A stretch of 64,000 nt of DNA from Polyangiales bacterium (GTDB lineage Bacteria; Myxococcota_A; Polyangia; Polyangiales; Polyangiaceae), in NCBI GenBank assembly GCA_038231275.1, contig JBBRLQ010000006.1:1-64000 (forward strand), given 5' to 3'. The position numbers were made by a program, and so were the translations under genes. Positions within the stretch are counted from its first letter, which is position 1, and each line of letters starts with the position of its first letter. This document shows positions 9,752-19,685 of the stretch, one piece after another. The notes below the pieces were generated by a model. It was not told where the DNA came from and did not search any database. It worked only from the letters and a program-made list of their open reading frames with translations.

Positions 9752-10263
9752 GGGCCCTTGAAGGCTACCGCGAAGTAGGTCACGGCCTTCGGTTGGACGA
9801 ACTTCCCCTTCTCGTACGCCTTTTGGAGAGCGGCCTCGGCGTTCTTCGAATTGGTGATCTGCGCGGAGAAGCCGGCGGGCACGTCGTAGCGCTTCGTCAC
9901 GGTCTGGCCGGCGGCGACGGTGATCGTCTCCTTGCGCTTGAAGATGGCGGTGGGCATCGGGGCCGCGCGCGACATCGGGTTCGACACCTGGCGCGTCAGG
10001 TCGGCCTCGAGCTCGGCGGTCTCGTCCTTGTTGCCCGTGTTCTGGGCCTTGAACTCGATGACCCAGCCGGTCTTGGACTTGGGGTCCTTCACGAGATCAC
10101 CTTCGACCACCACGTTCTGTACCTTGGTCCCGGCGAGGACCAAGTCGCCCTTCTCGTCGTCGCCGTCGGCCATGGTCGTCTTCGGCCAAAAAACCGTGAC
10201 GGTGGCGAGAGTTGTCAGGGCGGCGATGCCGAGGATCGTAGCGATCGAACGGAGCGGCTTCAT
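9655..10263 (-). CDS. Exported hypothetical protein
   Basis: Signal/TM N-terminus followed by a beta-strand-rich (possibly Ig-like) segment; typical codon usage. Confidence 0.7.
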   Translation of the reverse strand: MKPLRSIATILGIAALTTLATVTVFWPKTTMADGDDEKGDLVLAGTKVQNVVVEGDLVKDPKSKTGWVIEFKAQNTGNKDETAELEADLTRQVSNPMSRAAPMPTAIFKRKETITVAAGQTVTKRYDVPAGFSAQITNSKNAEAALQKAYEKGKFVQPKAVTYFAVAFKGPWTDDAIQNPPNRRLAARPSPRVAVDVLAVRN

Positions 10264-10364
10264 GGCGAGGGGTCCCCTTTTCCTGTTTCTACGAACGACC
10301 CGCCGAAACGAGCTATTCGCGTAGTTCGCCTGTTCGTCGAACCCGAGGGGCCGAGTGTGACCGA

Positions 10365-12734
10365 TCAGCGGGCGCGCGAGGCGATGACGGTGCCGAGGGC
10401 GGCGGCAAGCGGGGCCACGACGAGCGGCGCGAAGCCGAAGCCGACGGCGAGGAGCGCGGCGGCGGGCGGGACGAGACCGCTCACGAGCGCGACGCGGGCC
10501 TTCTCGCGCGTCGCGCGTGCGAGCGTGATGGCGAGCGCGGCGTCACGGACGTCGTCGGAAGCGAGCTGCACCGTCCACTCGCCAGGCGTCGAGCCGGCGG
10601 CGCTCATGGCGATGGCGACGTCGGCCGCGCCCAGCGCGCCGTCGTCGTTCGCGGGGTGACCGAGGACGGCGACGACATGACCGCCCTCGCCTAGCGCGCG
10701 CACCTCGGCGCCTCGCTCGGTCGGAAGCACCTCGGGGCGCACGTGATCGATGTCGAGCGCGCGCGCGATCGTCTCGCACGTCTCGCGCGCTTCGCCGGAC
10801 AGGAGGACGGGCTCGATGCGCGCGTCGAGGAGGCGTTGGACGGCGGCGCGCGCGCCGGGACGAAGGCCGTCTTGCAGCGCGACGAGTCCGACGAGCTTCC
10901 CGGCGAGCGCGACGAGCAGCACGCTTCGACCTTGCGCCTCGAGCTCGGTGACGCGCGCGTCGGCGGCGGCGACGCTCACCTACTCTTGGAGTAGCAGCGC
11001 GCGGCTGCCGACGACGAGCCGCTCTCCTTCGGCGGTGAGCGCCGTGACGCCGAGCCCAGCGTGCGCCGCGGCGTTGCGAACGTTCTCGGGGGCCTCGCCG
11101 CGGGAGCGCGCACCTCGCAAGATCGCGGAGGCGAACGGATGCGTCGACGCCGTCTCCGCGCCGGCGGCGAGCGAGACCAGGCGCCCGGTCTCCACCGCGC
11201 CGAGCGCCTCGAAGGCCACGATCTCCGGCTCGCCCATGAGGACGGTGCCGCGCGAGCAGACCACGGCCACGTCGGTGCGACCGGCCCGATCGAAGCCCGC
11301 CGCGTCTTTGAAGACGATGCCGTGGGCGAGCGCCTGCGTGTGTCCCTCGGCGTGCGCGAGGCCGACCATCGCGGCGACGCCGACCGCACCGCACGCGAGC
11401 GCCGCTGCGCACGCCGTCGCGACGATCTCCGGAGGCCCGTCTCCGTTCGCGTACGCCGCCACCCCCGCGAGCGCGGCCGCCAGACCGGTGCCTCGCTCGA
11501 CCGCCGCGCGAGCGAGCTTCGCGATCGGCGCGGTTACGTCGACGCGCAGGGTGGACGACAACGCGAGCCGCGTCCATGCGCGCTCGTTCCCCGACCACGT
11601 CACGTTCAGGCGAAGCGCGCCGGAAACCAGCCGCGCTCCGGCGACGATCGCGTCGCCTTCACGCTTCGTCACCTCGATCGCAGCGCCCGGCCACGGCACG
11701 ACCTGCGCTTCCCCGCCGAGCACGATGCCGTCGACGCCGACCACCGCTCCCGAGTCGACGACGACACGCTCGCCTGGCTTCACCAGCGCCGCCGCGATCT
11801 CCTCGACCGCGTCGCCCCGCATGACGCGGACCGTTACGTCGAGATCGCGCGCGATCCCCGCGCGCGTCGCCTCCACGCCGCGCCGCGCGCGAGAGACCCA
11901 GAGCTCGGTGAAGAGGACACACGCCGCCGACACCCCCAGCAGCCCTGCGATCGCGGCGGCGCGCGGCTCGCCGGTCGCGCGTGTCCACACCGCCGCGAGC
12001 GTCAGCGCCGCGATCGGCAATGCCGTCACGAGCTTCGAACCGTCCGCGGGCTCTCTCGGCCGCATGGCGAGGTGCGCGATCGCGGCGACGGCAGCGATCA
12101 ACGCGAGCGGCAACCGCGCCTCGTCGGCCCCCGCGACTCCAACGAGCGCCGAGAGCGCCCCCGCGACGAGACCGCCGATCGCGAACGCCTCTCCAGACCC
12201 GCTCCGGGCCCGCGACGACGCGGGCGCGAGCGCGGAGGAGGGAGGGGCGACCGAGACGGCAGCCGTGGAGACGGGCGGCTCCGCGGGAACGGCACGGGAG
12301 TCGGGATCGGAGTCGGAGTCGGAGTCGGAGTCGGAGTCGGAGTCGCCGTCGGGCTCGGCGTCGCGGTCGCGGTCGGGCTCGGCGTCGCGGTCGCGATCGC
12401 GGTCGCGGTCGGGCTCGGCGTCGGCGTCGCGGGCGCGGTCGCGGGCGCGGGCGCGGTCGGCATCACGGTCGGCGTCGGCGGGCCGCTCGACCGACGGCGC
12501 GGGGAAGTGCGGAGGCTCCGTCGGTTTCTCCGCGACGCGCGGAGGCTCCGCGGTCGCGACGTCGTCGCTGACGATGCTCGCCGCGACCGCTTGGAGGTGA
12601 CGCGCCTTGCACTCGCGGTCGCAGTAGTAGCGAAAGCCCCCCTCGAGGATCGCGACATGTCCTGCGCGCAGCGGGTCCACCGATTTGCCGCAGGCCGGGC
12701 AAATGGTCTCCGGACCCTCGACGGACGCGCCCAT
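10365..12734 (-). pseudogene. P1B-type ATPase homolog with N-terminal YHS/TRASH domain, degenerate catalytic motifs and an in-frame TAG at 10980-10982
   Basis: CPACG...YYCDREC; VKPGERVVV..G..VGVDG; GIVFKDA; STHPFA; LQDGLRPGA; LSGE; AND..AL..ADVAIAM. The two track ORFs are contiguous in one frame across TAG. Confidence 0.8.
12298..12480 (-). repeat. Hexanucleotide low-complexity tract encoding DS/DR dipeptide repeats
   Basis: (GAGTCG)x6 at 12310-12345 plus GCGGTC-type repeats on the + strand, inside the ATPase N-terminal linker. Confidence 0.9.
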
Positions 12735-12799
12735 GGGCCACCGTCTTGGCCCCCGGGCGGCGTCGCTGTCAACGGGATGCGCTGAGCCTGAACGTGCGA

Positions 12800-14011
12800 T
12801 CAGGCCCGCGGCGAAAGCTCTTTCAGAACGCGGCGGACCACGCCGACGCCTTCCTCGAGCTGGCCCAGCGACACGACAAGAGGAGGGGTGAAGCGGAGGA
12901 CGCGCTCGCCGGCGGCCGTGAGGAGGATGCCGGCCTCTTGCGTCTTCACGAGGACGTCGCGCGCGACGAAGCCCGGCTTCATGACGAGGCCCCGCAAGAG
13001 GCCGTCGCCGCGTGACGTCTCGCACATGTTCGGCAAGTCGCTCACGAGGGTCGCGAGCATCTTGCCGAGCGCCTCGCCCTTCGTGCGCGCGCCGTCGATC
13101 AGCTTCTCGTCGTCGAGGATGCCGATGACCGCGAGCGCAGCAGCACATGCGAGGGGGCTGCCACCGAAGGTCGAGCCGTGCGTGCCGGGAGGGAGCGCGC
13201 CGCCGAGCGCCTCGGTCGTCAGCATCGCGCCGATCGGAACACCGCCGCCGAGGCCCTTCGCGAGGGAGATCGCGTCGGGCTTGACGCCAGAGCCGTCGCT
13301 GCCGAGGAAGCGCCCGCACCGTCCGATTCCAGTCTGCACCTCGTCGATCAGGAGGAGCGCGCCGTGTTCGTCAGCGAGCGCGCGCAGACCGACGAGGAAG
13401 CCCTGCGGCGCAGGAAAAACGCCGCCTTCGCCTTGCACGGTCTCGACGATGATCGCCGCGACGTCTTTGCCCATCGCCGCGCGCGTCTCGTTCAGATCGC
13501 CGTACGCCACGTGCGTCACGCCGCTGAACTCGCCGAAACCCTCGCGGTACTTCGGCGTGCCGGTCATCGAGAGCGCGCCCATCGTGCGGCCGTGGAAGGC
13601 GTTGTGGAACGCGATCACCCGCGTGCGCTTCGCGTCTCCTTTCGCGAAGAAATGACGACGCGCGAGCTTGAGGAGCGCCTCGTTCGCCTCCGCGCCGGAG
13701 TTGCAGAAGAACGCGCGCGCGAGGCCAGTCCTCTCGCAGAGCTTCGCGGCGAGCTCGATGTTCGGCTCGTTGAAGAAGTAGTTCGACGCGTGCAAGAGGC
13801 GACCGGCCTGCTCCGCGATCGCCTTGGTCAGGACCGGATGCGCGTGCCCGACCGCGCTGACCGCGACGCCGGCGCAGAGGTCGAGGTAGCGGCGCCCATC
13901 GACGTCGAAGAGCTCGCACCCGCTGCCGCGCGCGAACACGACGGGGGCCGGGCGGTAGTTCGCGTAGAGGTGCTGCTTGGCGGACTCGAGGAGGGCGGGC
14001 GACTTGGGCAT
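12800..14011 (-). CDS. argD: Acetylornithine aminotransferase (class III PLP enzyme)
   Basis: FFCNSGAEANEA, FHGRT, EtVQGEGG, DEVQTGIGR, LAKGLGGGVPIGA, HGSTFGG. Confidence 0.92.
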   Translation of the reverse strand: MPKSPALLESAKQHLYANYRPAPVVFARGSGCELFDVDGRRYLDLCAGVAVSAVGHAHPVLTKAIAEQAGRLLHASNYFFNEPNIELAAKLCERTGLARAFFCNSGAEANEALLKLARRHFFAKGDAKRTRVIAFHNAFHGRTMGALSMTGTPKYREGFGEFSGVTHVAYGDLNETRAAMGKDVAAIIVETVQGEGGVFPAPQGFLVGLRALADEHGALLLIDEVQTGIGRCGRFLGSDGSGVKPDAISLAKGLGGGVPIGAMLTTEALGGALPPGTHGSTFGGSPLACAAALAVIGILDDEKLIDGARTKGEALGKMLATLVSDLPNMCETSRGDGLLRGLVMKPGFVARDVLVKTQEAGILLTAAGERVLRFTPPLVVSLGQLEEGVGVVRRVLKELSPRA

Positions 14012-14144
14012 GGCGTCTTCTTTCTGTGCCCGTCCAGAATGGACCGCCACTGGTCTACTGAGAAGTGCCAGATCGCGAAAAACGGACGGACCACGCCGGC
14101 TCCGGCGCCGTTCGCGCGGCGCGCCGGAACGAGGCTTAGTTAGG

Positions 14145-14309
14145 CTAGGGCGTGTTCGCTAGGGCGGCATCGGCCTCGGCGGCCTCGAGCTTCTCCTCGA
14201 CCGCCTTGGCGTGGTCGTCGTCCATGGCGACGCGCATTTCACCGAGCGCGCGCCGCGCTTCCACGACGCTCATCGCGTTCTTGTCGAACTCGAGGCAGAT
14301 GAGGCACAT
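14145..14309 (-). CDS. Small protein (54 aa) with N-terminal CxxC
   Basis: MCLICLEFDKNAMSVVEARRALGEM; GC3-rich codons; same strand as neighbours. Confidence 0.65.
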   Translation of the reverse strand: MCLICLEFDKNAMSVVEARRALGEMRVAMDDDHAKAVEEKLEAAEADAALANTP

Positions 14310-14389
14310 GGGTTGATCATTGCGGAGCGCGAGGGCTTCCGCAAGCAATGGGGCCAAATGAGCATTTGGCGGCGCGCCGTAGACGGGCT

Positions 14390-15175
14390 TCAGCGCGCGG
14401 AGAGCAAGAACGCGGCGAGCTCGGCGAATCCCTCCCCCATTGCCCCGCGGGTGACGTAGCGCGGCGGGACGGGGAGGTGCGTGACGTAGGGTGCGATGTT
14501 CGCGACGCCGACGGTCATGCGGAAGGCGGCGAAGCAGGCGGCGTCGTTGCCGCTGTCGCCGGCGAAGGCGTAGCGGACGAGGGCCGCGCCGGCGTCTTCC
14601 CCGAACGCACGGACGAGGTAACCGACGGCGCCGCTCGCTTTGTCGTCGACGTCGAACGTCGCGTGGAGGTGCACGCTCGATTGAGTCGTCCGCGCGCCGG
14701 CGTCGAGGATGCGCGCGCGGATCATCGCGACGCGATCGGCGGGCAGGCGCACGCGTTCACCGATGTCCCACGTGACGTCGCTTCGGCGCGCGTCCACGTC
14801 GTCGGAGAGGCGCGCTTCAGGGACGACGCTGCGCACTTCTTCGACGAGGCTCGCGAGTCGCATTCGGCGCCTTCGACGCTCGGTCTCATCGCAAGCCTCG
14901 CGCCGCGCGATGCCGCGGCCCTCGCGCTCGACGGTGACGGCGCCGTTCTCGGTAATCGCGGCGTCGATCGGCCACTGACGCGCGACGACCTCGCCCCAGC
15001 CGCTCGGTCTCCCCGTCACCGCGACGAGACGAAGGCCCGCGTCCTTAAGATCGTAAAGCGCTCCGTACGCGGCGCGCGTGAGGGCGCCGTGCGAGAGGAA
15101 CGTGTCGTCGAGATCGAACAGCAGCCCTCGGATCGCGCGCGCTTCCGCGGGATCCATCGCCGCGAGCGGCGTCAC
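14390..15175 (-). CDS. HAD-IIB family hydrolase
   Basis: FDLDDT, VTGR, ENG, GDSGND motifs; GTG start overlaps the upstream stop. Confidence 0.88.
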   Translation of the reverse strand: MTPLAAMDPAEARAIRGLLFDLDDTFLSHGALTRAAYGALYDLKDAGLRLVAVTGRPSGWGEVVARQWPIDAAITENGAVTVEREGRGIARREACDETERRRRRMRLASLVEEVRSVVPEARLSDDVDARRSDVTWDIGERVRLPADRVAMIRARILDAGARTTQSSVHLHATFDVDDKASGAVGYLVRAFGEDAGAALVRYAFAGDSGNDAACFAAFRMTVGVANIAPYVTHLPVPPRYVTRGAMGEGFAELAAFLLSAR

Positions 15176-16371
15176 CGACGCTCCACGCGCGCGATGAGCG
15201 CCTTCAGGTAGAGGCCTTCGCCGAACGCCGCCGTCACCGGGTGATCGCTGCCCTGAAAATGCCGCTCCTGCACGATCGCCGTCACGTTCGCGCGCAGCGC
15301 CCCCGTCGCCAACGCGCGCGTCAGCGCCGTCAGATCGACCGCCGCCGAGCACGAGCAGATGACGAGCAAGCCGCCCGGGCGCGTCGCGCGGCACGCCACC
15401 TCCGCGAGCTTCGCGTACGCAACGAGCGCACCTTCGCGCGCGCTTCGTGACGGCGCGAGGCGCGGCGGATCGACGATGACGAGATCGTAGCCGCCGTCGA
15501 GGCCGGCCTTCTGGAGCGTGCTACGCGCGTCCTCGCGGCTGAACGCGATCTTCCCTTCGAGCCCATTGTCCTTGGCGCAGAGCGCGCCGATCTCGACGGC
15601 GATCGCGCTGTCGTCGATCGCGAGCACGCTCTTCGCGCCGCCGCGCGCCGCCGCCATCGCGAACGAGCCGACGTAGGTGTACGCGTCGAGGACGCGACGA
15701 CCGCGCGCGAGCTCTTCGACGCGTCCGCGGAGGCCGCGCTGATCGAAATAGAATCCGGTCTTCTGCCCGAGGTCGAGCGGGAGCTTGTACGTGAGGCCGC
15801 GCTCCGAGAACGACAGCTCCTTGATCTCCTCACCGCGGATCACGCCGGTTCCCGGCACGAAGCCCTCGGTCTTCGCCATCCCGGCGGGCGTACGATCGAG
15901 GATCGCGCGCGGGCTCAGCGTGTGCATGAGCGCCTCGAGGACGAGGCCTTCGCGCGCCTTCATTCCCGCGGTGAGAAACTGCACGACGAGCACGTCGGCG
16001 AAGCGATCCACGATGAGGCCTGGCAGCCCGTCGCCTTCGGCATGGATGACGCGGTAGCCGGTGGTGGCCTCCGTCGCGACACCCATCTCGCGCCGCGCGG
16101 CGAGCGCGCGCTGCACGCGCTCGTGGAAGAACGCGCCGTCGATGCGCGTCGTCGCGTCGCGCACGAGGAGCCGGACCGGGATCGCCGATCCCGGCGAATA
16201 AAATCCACGGCCGAGCAGGTTGCCGCGCGGGTCGAGGACCGTAACCTCATCCCCCCGCGTGGCCCCTCCCTCGACGCGGTCGATCGCCTGCGCGTAGATC
16301 CACGGATGACCTGCCCAGACGGGCTGGACGTGGCCAGGCTTGAGTCGAACGGTGGCCGAAATCTGCGGCAT
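15172..16371 (-). CDS. rlmI: RlmI/RlmK-family 23S rRNA SAM methyltransferase with PUA domain
   Basis: GHPWIY, EGDGLPGLIVDRF, GQKTGFYFDQR, DPP, CSCS, DHP, YLK. Confidence 0.88.
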   Translation of the reverse strand: MPQISATVRLKPGHVQPVWAGHPWIYAQAIDRVEGGATRGDEVTVLDPRGNLLGRGFYSPGSAIPVRLLVRDATTRIDGAFFHERVQRALAARREMGVATEATTGYRVIHAEGDGLPGLIVDRFADVLVVQFLTAGMKAREGLVLEALMHTLSPRAILDRTPAGMAKTEGFVPGTGVIRGEEIKELSFSERGLTYKLPLDLGQKTGFYFDQRGLRGRVEELARGRRVLDAYTYVGSFAMAAARGGAKSVLAIDDSAIAVEIGALCAKDNGLEGKIAFSREDARSTLQKAGLDGGYDLVIVDPPRLAPSRSAREGALVAYAKLAEVACRATRPGGLLVICSCSAAVDLTALTRALATGALRANVTAIVQERHFQGSDHPVTAAFGEGLYLKALIARVERR

Positions 16372-16602
16372 ACGGAGCTCGAGAGGCTCGGGAACGAGGT
16401 GGGGGGTTCCTACCACACTGAATGCGCTTCTGTACGGTCCCGCGCCTGGCCGACACGACGTCCGTTGCCGTCCGCACGTGAACCCCCGTCAACAGCTCCC
16501 GGCCGAGGGGTCATATTTGGCCAAGACCCTGCGCGTTGCCCATGGCATGCGCGGTGCTTTGGAAGCATGCTGACCACCGTCTTCGGAGGCCCTGAAGGTC
16601 AC

Positions 16603-17463
16603 ATGATTAAGTCGCTCCTTGCAGTCTCGCTGGCCACGGCGCTCGGTTCCTCGCTCCTCCTGGGTGCGTCGGTTGCGTCTGCTCAGCAGCCGCAAAACCC
16701 GAACTGTCCGCCTGGCAGCTGGTTTTGTGCCGATACGCAAGCGAAGCCGGCCGCGCCGGCGGGTCAGCCCGTTCAGCCGCTCCAGCAGCTCCCGCCCGCG
16801 CAGACGCAGTACGCTCCAGCGCCTCCGCCGGTGGTCGTCTACCAACCGCCGCCGCCCGTGTACGTCTACCCGGCGCATCCCGAGACGCCGCCGCCCGTGT
16901 ACGTGTACACGCCGCGACCCGCGCTCCCGTATGCCAAGAACGAGTGGGGCCTCGCCGCGCGCATCGAAGGCGCGATGATCGGAAGCAAGGCGAGCTCGAA
17001 CTCCGGAATGGGCGGCCTCGGCTTCGGCCTCCGTTACAAGCCGGTCCCGCACTTCGGCATCGAAGCCGATCTCGATTTCTTCGGGGGCCGTGACTACAAC
17101 GGCTTCCGCCGCGGCGAGACCGCGTTCGCGATCAATGGGCTCCTCTACGTCAACCCGAAGTCGAAGCTGCAGCTGTACTTCCTCGCGGGCTTCGGGTGGT
17201 CGGCGGCGCGCGTCGTCGACGACACGACCGGCTACAACGAGTCGACGTTCAGCTACGGCTACTTCGGCGGGCAAGGCGGCGTCGGCCTCGAGTGGCGTGT
17301 GGCGCGGCACTTCGCGCTCAACGCGGATCTGCGCGGCTTCATCCGCGGTCGCATCGACGACAACACGCACTACCACCCGGAGTTCTTCGACCCGGCGACG
17401 GGCAAGAGCACGAACACGTCGGGCGGCGGCCTTCTCACCGCCGGACTCACCTTCTACTTCTGA
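16603..17463 (+). CDS. Outer-membrane beta-barrel protein with Pro-rich N-terminus
   Basis: Signal peptide, PPP tracts, amphipathic strands (GFGLRY, GVGLEW), C-terminal TFYF. Confidence 0.8.
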   Translation: MIKSLLAVSLATALGSSLLLGASVASAQQPQNPNCPPGSWFCADTQAKPAAPAGQPVQPLQQLPPAQTQYAPAPPPVVVYQPPPPVYVYPAHPETPPPVYVYTPRPALPYAKNEWGLAARIEGAMIGSKASSNSGMGGLGFGLRYKPVPHFGIEADLDFFGGRDYNGFRRGETAFAINGLLYVNPKSKLQLYFLAGFGWSAARVVDDTTGYNESTFSYGYFGGQGGVGLEWRVARHFALNADLRGFIRGRIDDNTHYHPEFFDPATGKSTNTSGGGLLTAGLTFYF

Positions 17464-17523
17464 TCGGCGCCGCGCCTCGAAGTCCGGAAATATCGTGGAG
17501 CGGTTGCGGGCTATGCTCACGCC

Positions 17524-19062
17524 ATTCTTGCCCGGGTCAAACCTCCGCCGCCGCTCGCGATCGCACTGGCGAGTGGGCTCTTCTTCGCGCTCGCCGCGCC
17601 GCCGGCCAACGTGGTTCCGGCGCTGTGGATCGGCCTCTTTGGCCTCGCGTACGCGCTGACGTTCGCGCGTGAAGGTCGGCTCTCCGGGGGACTTCGCGGG
17701 CTCGCGTTCGGCTTCGGAGCGAACGTCGTCGCGTTTCGATTCGTGGCGATCACGATCGAGCGGTTCACCAGCTTGCCGGCGGCGGCGGCGTGGCTCGCGG
17801 TGGTGCTGCTGTCCTTGGCGCAAGCGCTCCCGTGGGCGGCGTGCGGGATCCTTCACGATCGGCTGACGCGACGCGGGGTGCCGTCGTGGGCGGCGTTCGC
17901 GATCGGCGTGTACGCGGCGACGTTCGTTCCTCAGGTATTTCCGTGGGGCCCGGCCGGAGGCGCGACGCCGTGGCCGACCACGGTGCAGCTGGCCGATTAC
18001 GTCGGTGAGCGTGGGGTGAGCGCGCTCATGGCCCTCGCGGGCGGCCTCGTCGCGTTCGCCGCCGCCGACGCGCGCCGCGGGCGCGGACGCACGGAGTGGC
18101 TTCGTTTTGCGGTGATCGGTGGGCTTTTGCCGTTCGCGATCGCCGCGTATGGCGCGTTTCGAATGGCGCGCGTGGACGCGATCCGGCGTGAGGCACCGAC
18201 CGCGAAAATCGCGCTCGTCCAGCCGGCGATCGCCGCGACCGAGCGCTGGGAAGAGAATCGCGCGCCGGCGATCCTCGCGTCGCTCACGCGCCTCACGCTG
18301 AGCGCCGAAGCGCGCGGCGCGGAGCTCACCGTCTGGCCGGAAGCCGCGTTCCCCTACCCCGTCGCGCACGGCATGCGCCTCTCGCCTATCGGCGTGCGCG
18401 CGATTTTGCAGCCTGGCGTCCGCGGGCCGGTGCTCGCTGGCCTCTTCATGCGCGCAGGCCATGGCGCGTCCTACAACTCCGCGGCGATCGTCAGCGCGTC
18501 GGGGCGCATGACCGAGTCGTACGACAAGCGCCACCTCCTCTGGTTCGGCGAGACCGTGCCGCTCGCCGACCAGATTCCTTGGATCAAGAAGACGTTCGCG
18601 CGCGGCACCGGCCTCGCCGCCGGGAGCCACGAGGTCGCGCTGACGAGCGGCCCCATCCGCGCCGCCGTCCTCAACTGCTTCGAAGACACGTTGCCCGAGG
18701 CAGGCCGCGAGGCGGCGGAAGTGACGCCGAACCTCTTGGTCAACGTGACGAACGACGCCTGGTTCGAGGGCACCGCCGAGAGCGAGCTCCACCTTCGACT
18801 GGCCGTTCTCCGCTCCGTCGAGCTCCGTCGCGACATGGTCCGCGCGGTGAACCTCGGCGTGACCAGCTGGGTCGACGCCGCCGGTCGCGTGCGCGCCAGG
18901 TACGACATCGCCCCTGGGGGAACGCTGATGGCCGAGCCTGCCCTCGTGGGCGGCGGCCCGACGATCTACGCCCAGGCCGGCGACGCGCCGTGGCTCCTGG
19001 TCCTCGCCGGCGCGCTCTTCGTTCACCTGAAGGCGCGGCGAAGGCGCGCGGCGGCGACGTAG
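17524..19062 (+). CDS. lnt: Apolipoprotein N-acyltransferase; start codon atypical or uncertain
   Basis: QLADYVG, LVQP, VWPE, YDKRHLLWFGE, LNCFE, NVTNDAWF, VRAVNLG. First TM (LAIALASGLFFALAAPP) lies upstream of the track start at 17611. Confidence 0.9.
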   Translation: MLARVKPPPPLAIALASGLFFALAAPPANVVPALWIGLFGLAYALTFAREGRLSGGLRGLAFGFGANVVAFRFVAITIERFTSLPAAAAWLAVVLLSLAQALPWAACGILHDRLTRRGVPSWAAFAIGVYAATFVPQVFPWGPAGGATPWPTTVQLADYVGERGVSALMALAGGLVAFAAADARRGRGRTEWLRFAVIGGLLPFAIAAYGAFRMARVDAIRREAPTAKIALVQPAIAATERWEENRAPAILASLTRLTLSAEARGAELTVWPEAAFPYPVAHGMRLSPIGVRAILQPGVRGPVLAGLFMRAGHGASYNSAAIVSASGRMTESYDKRHLLWFGETVPLADQIPWIKKTFARGTGLAAGSHEVALTSGPIRAAVLNCFEDTLPEAGREAAEVTPNLLVNVTNDAWFEGTAESELHLRLAVLRSVELRRDMVRAVNLGVTSWVDAAGRVRARYDIAPGGTLMAEPALVGGGPTIYAQAGDAPWLLVLAGALFVHLKARRRRAAAT

Positions 19063-19086
19063 CGACGCGCGTGCCCCTTAAACGCC

Positions 19087-19118
19087 AAGGGCGCCTCGGC
19101 TCTCGCCGAAACGCCCTT
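19087..19118. terminator. Stem-loop between convergent lnt and HU genes
   Basis: AAGGGCG..TCGGC-TCTC-GCCGA..CGCCCTT imperfect inverted repeat. Confidence 0.55.
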
Positions 19119-19139
19119 CGCACACTCGGACGGCCGAGC

Positions 19140-19451
19140 TTACTGGATGAGATCCTTCAGCGACTTGAGCGCCGAGGCGCGGATCTTCTTCGAGGCGGGC
19201 TTGCCCTTGATGATGATCGGCTGCTTGGTGAACGGGTTGATGCCAGGGCGATCCTTGGTCGCCGGCTTCTTGACGGCCTTGAGCTTCAGGAGGCCCGGAA
19301 TCACGAACTCGCCGGGTCCACGGCTGCCGAGCTGCTTCTTGATCAGCTCCGTCAGTCCGTCAAACACGCGAGAAACGCTCTTCTTATCGAGCTCAACGAG
19401 CTCCGAAATCTCGGCAATCACTTGGGCCTTGGTCAAACGCTTTCCGGACAT
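19140..19451 (-). CDS. HU-family DNA-binding protein
   Basis: LTKAQVIAEISE...IPGLLKL...GINPFTKQPIIIKGKPASKK; GAGGA RBS upstream. Confidence 0.9.
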   Translation of the reverse strand: MSGKRLTKAQVIAEISELVELDKKSVSRVFDGLTELIKKQLGSRGPGEFVIPGLLKLKAVKKPATKDRPGINPFTKQPIIIKGKPASKKIRASALKSLKDLIQ

Positions 19452-19685
19452 TTGCGCTTCCTCCTGTCGATTGTATCGACCTAACACTCTGCTCGTCACA
19501 CCCCCATCGAGAGGGGCAAATCACTCACGCGAGGCGATCGCGAGGTCAGCCTCGGGAGCCGACGAATCAATGGCTAGCACCTCGGGTTTCCATCCCGCAA
19601 GCCAAAAATACGGGGTTTGTGACGATTCGTTCCACGGCGCCCCGGGAATTCCTCGGGTTCGGTGTCCCTTGACGAGGTCGGAAGG

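Noticed and set aside
10980..10982. Genome-wide TAG reassignment (alternative genetic code)
   Set aside because: TAG ends many genes at their expected C-termini, e.g. lnt at 19062, 26618 and the OmpA protein at 55489.
12298..12480. CRISPR array or phase-variation tract
   Set aside because: 6-nt units with no spacers; unit changes would preserve the frame; no cas genes.
12735..13319. N-terminal extensions in track ORFs (also 611, 15922, 21280, 43322, 47356, 53580)
   Set aside because: They overlap other real genes or have non-coding-like composition; internal starts fit the domain boundaries better.
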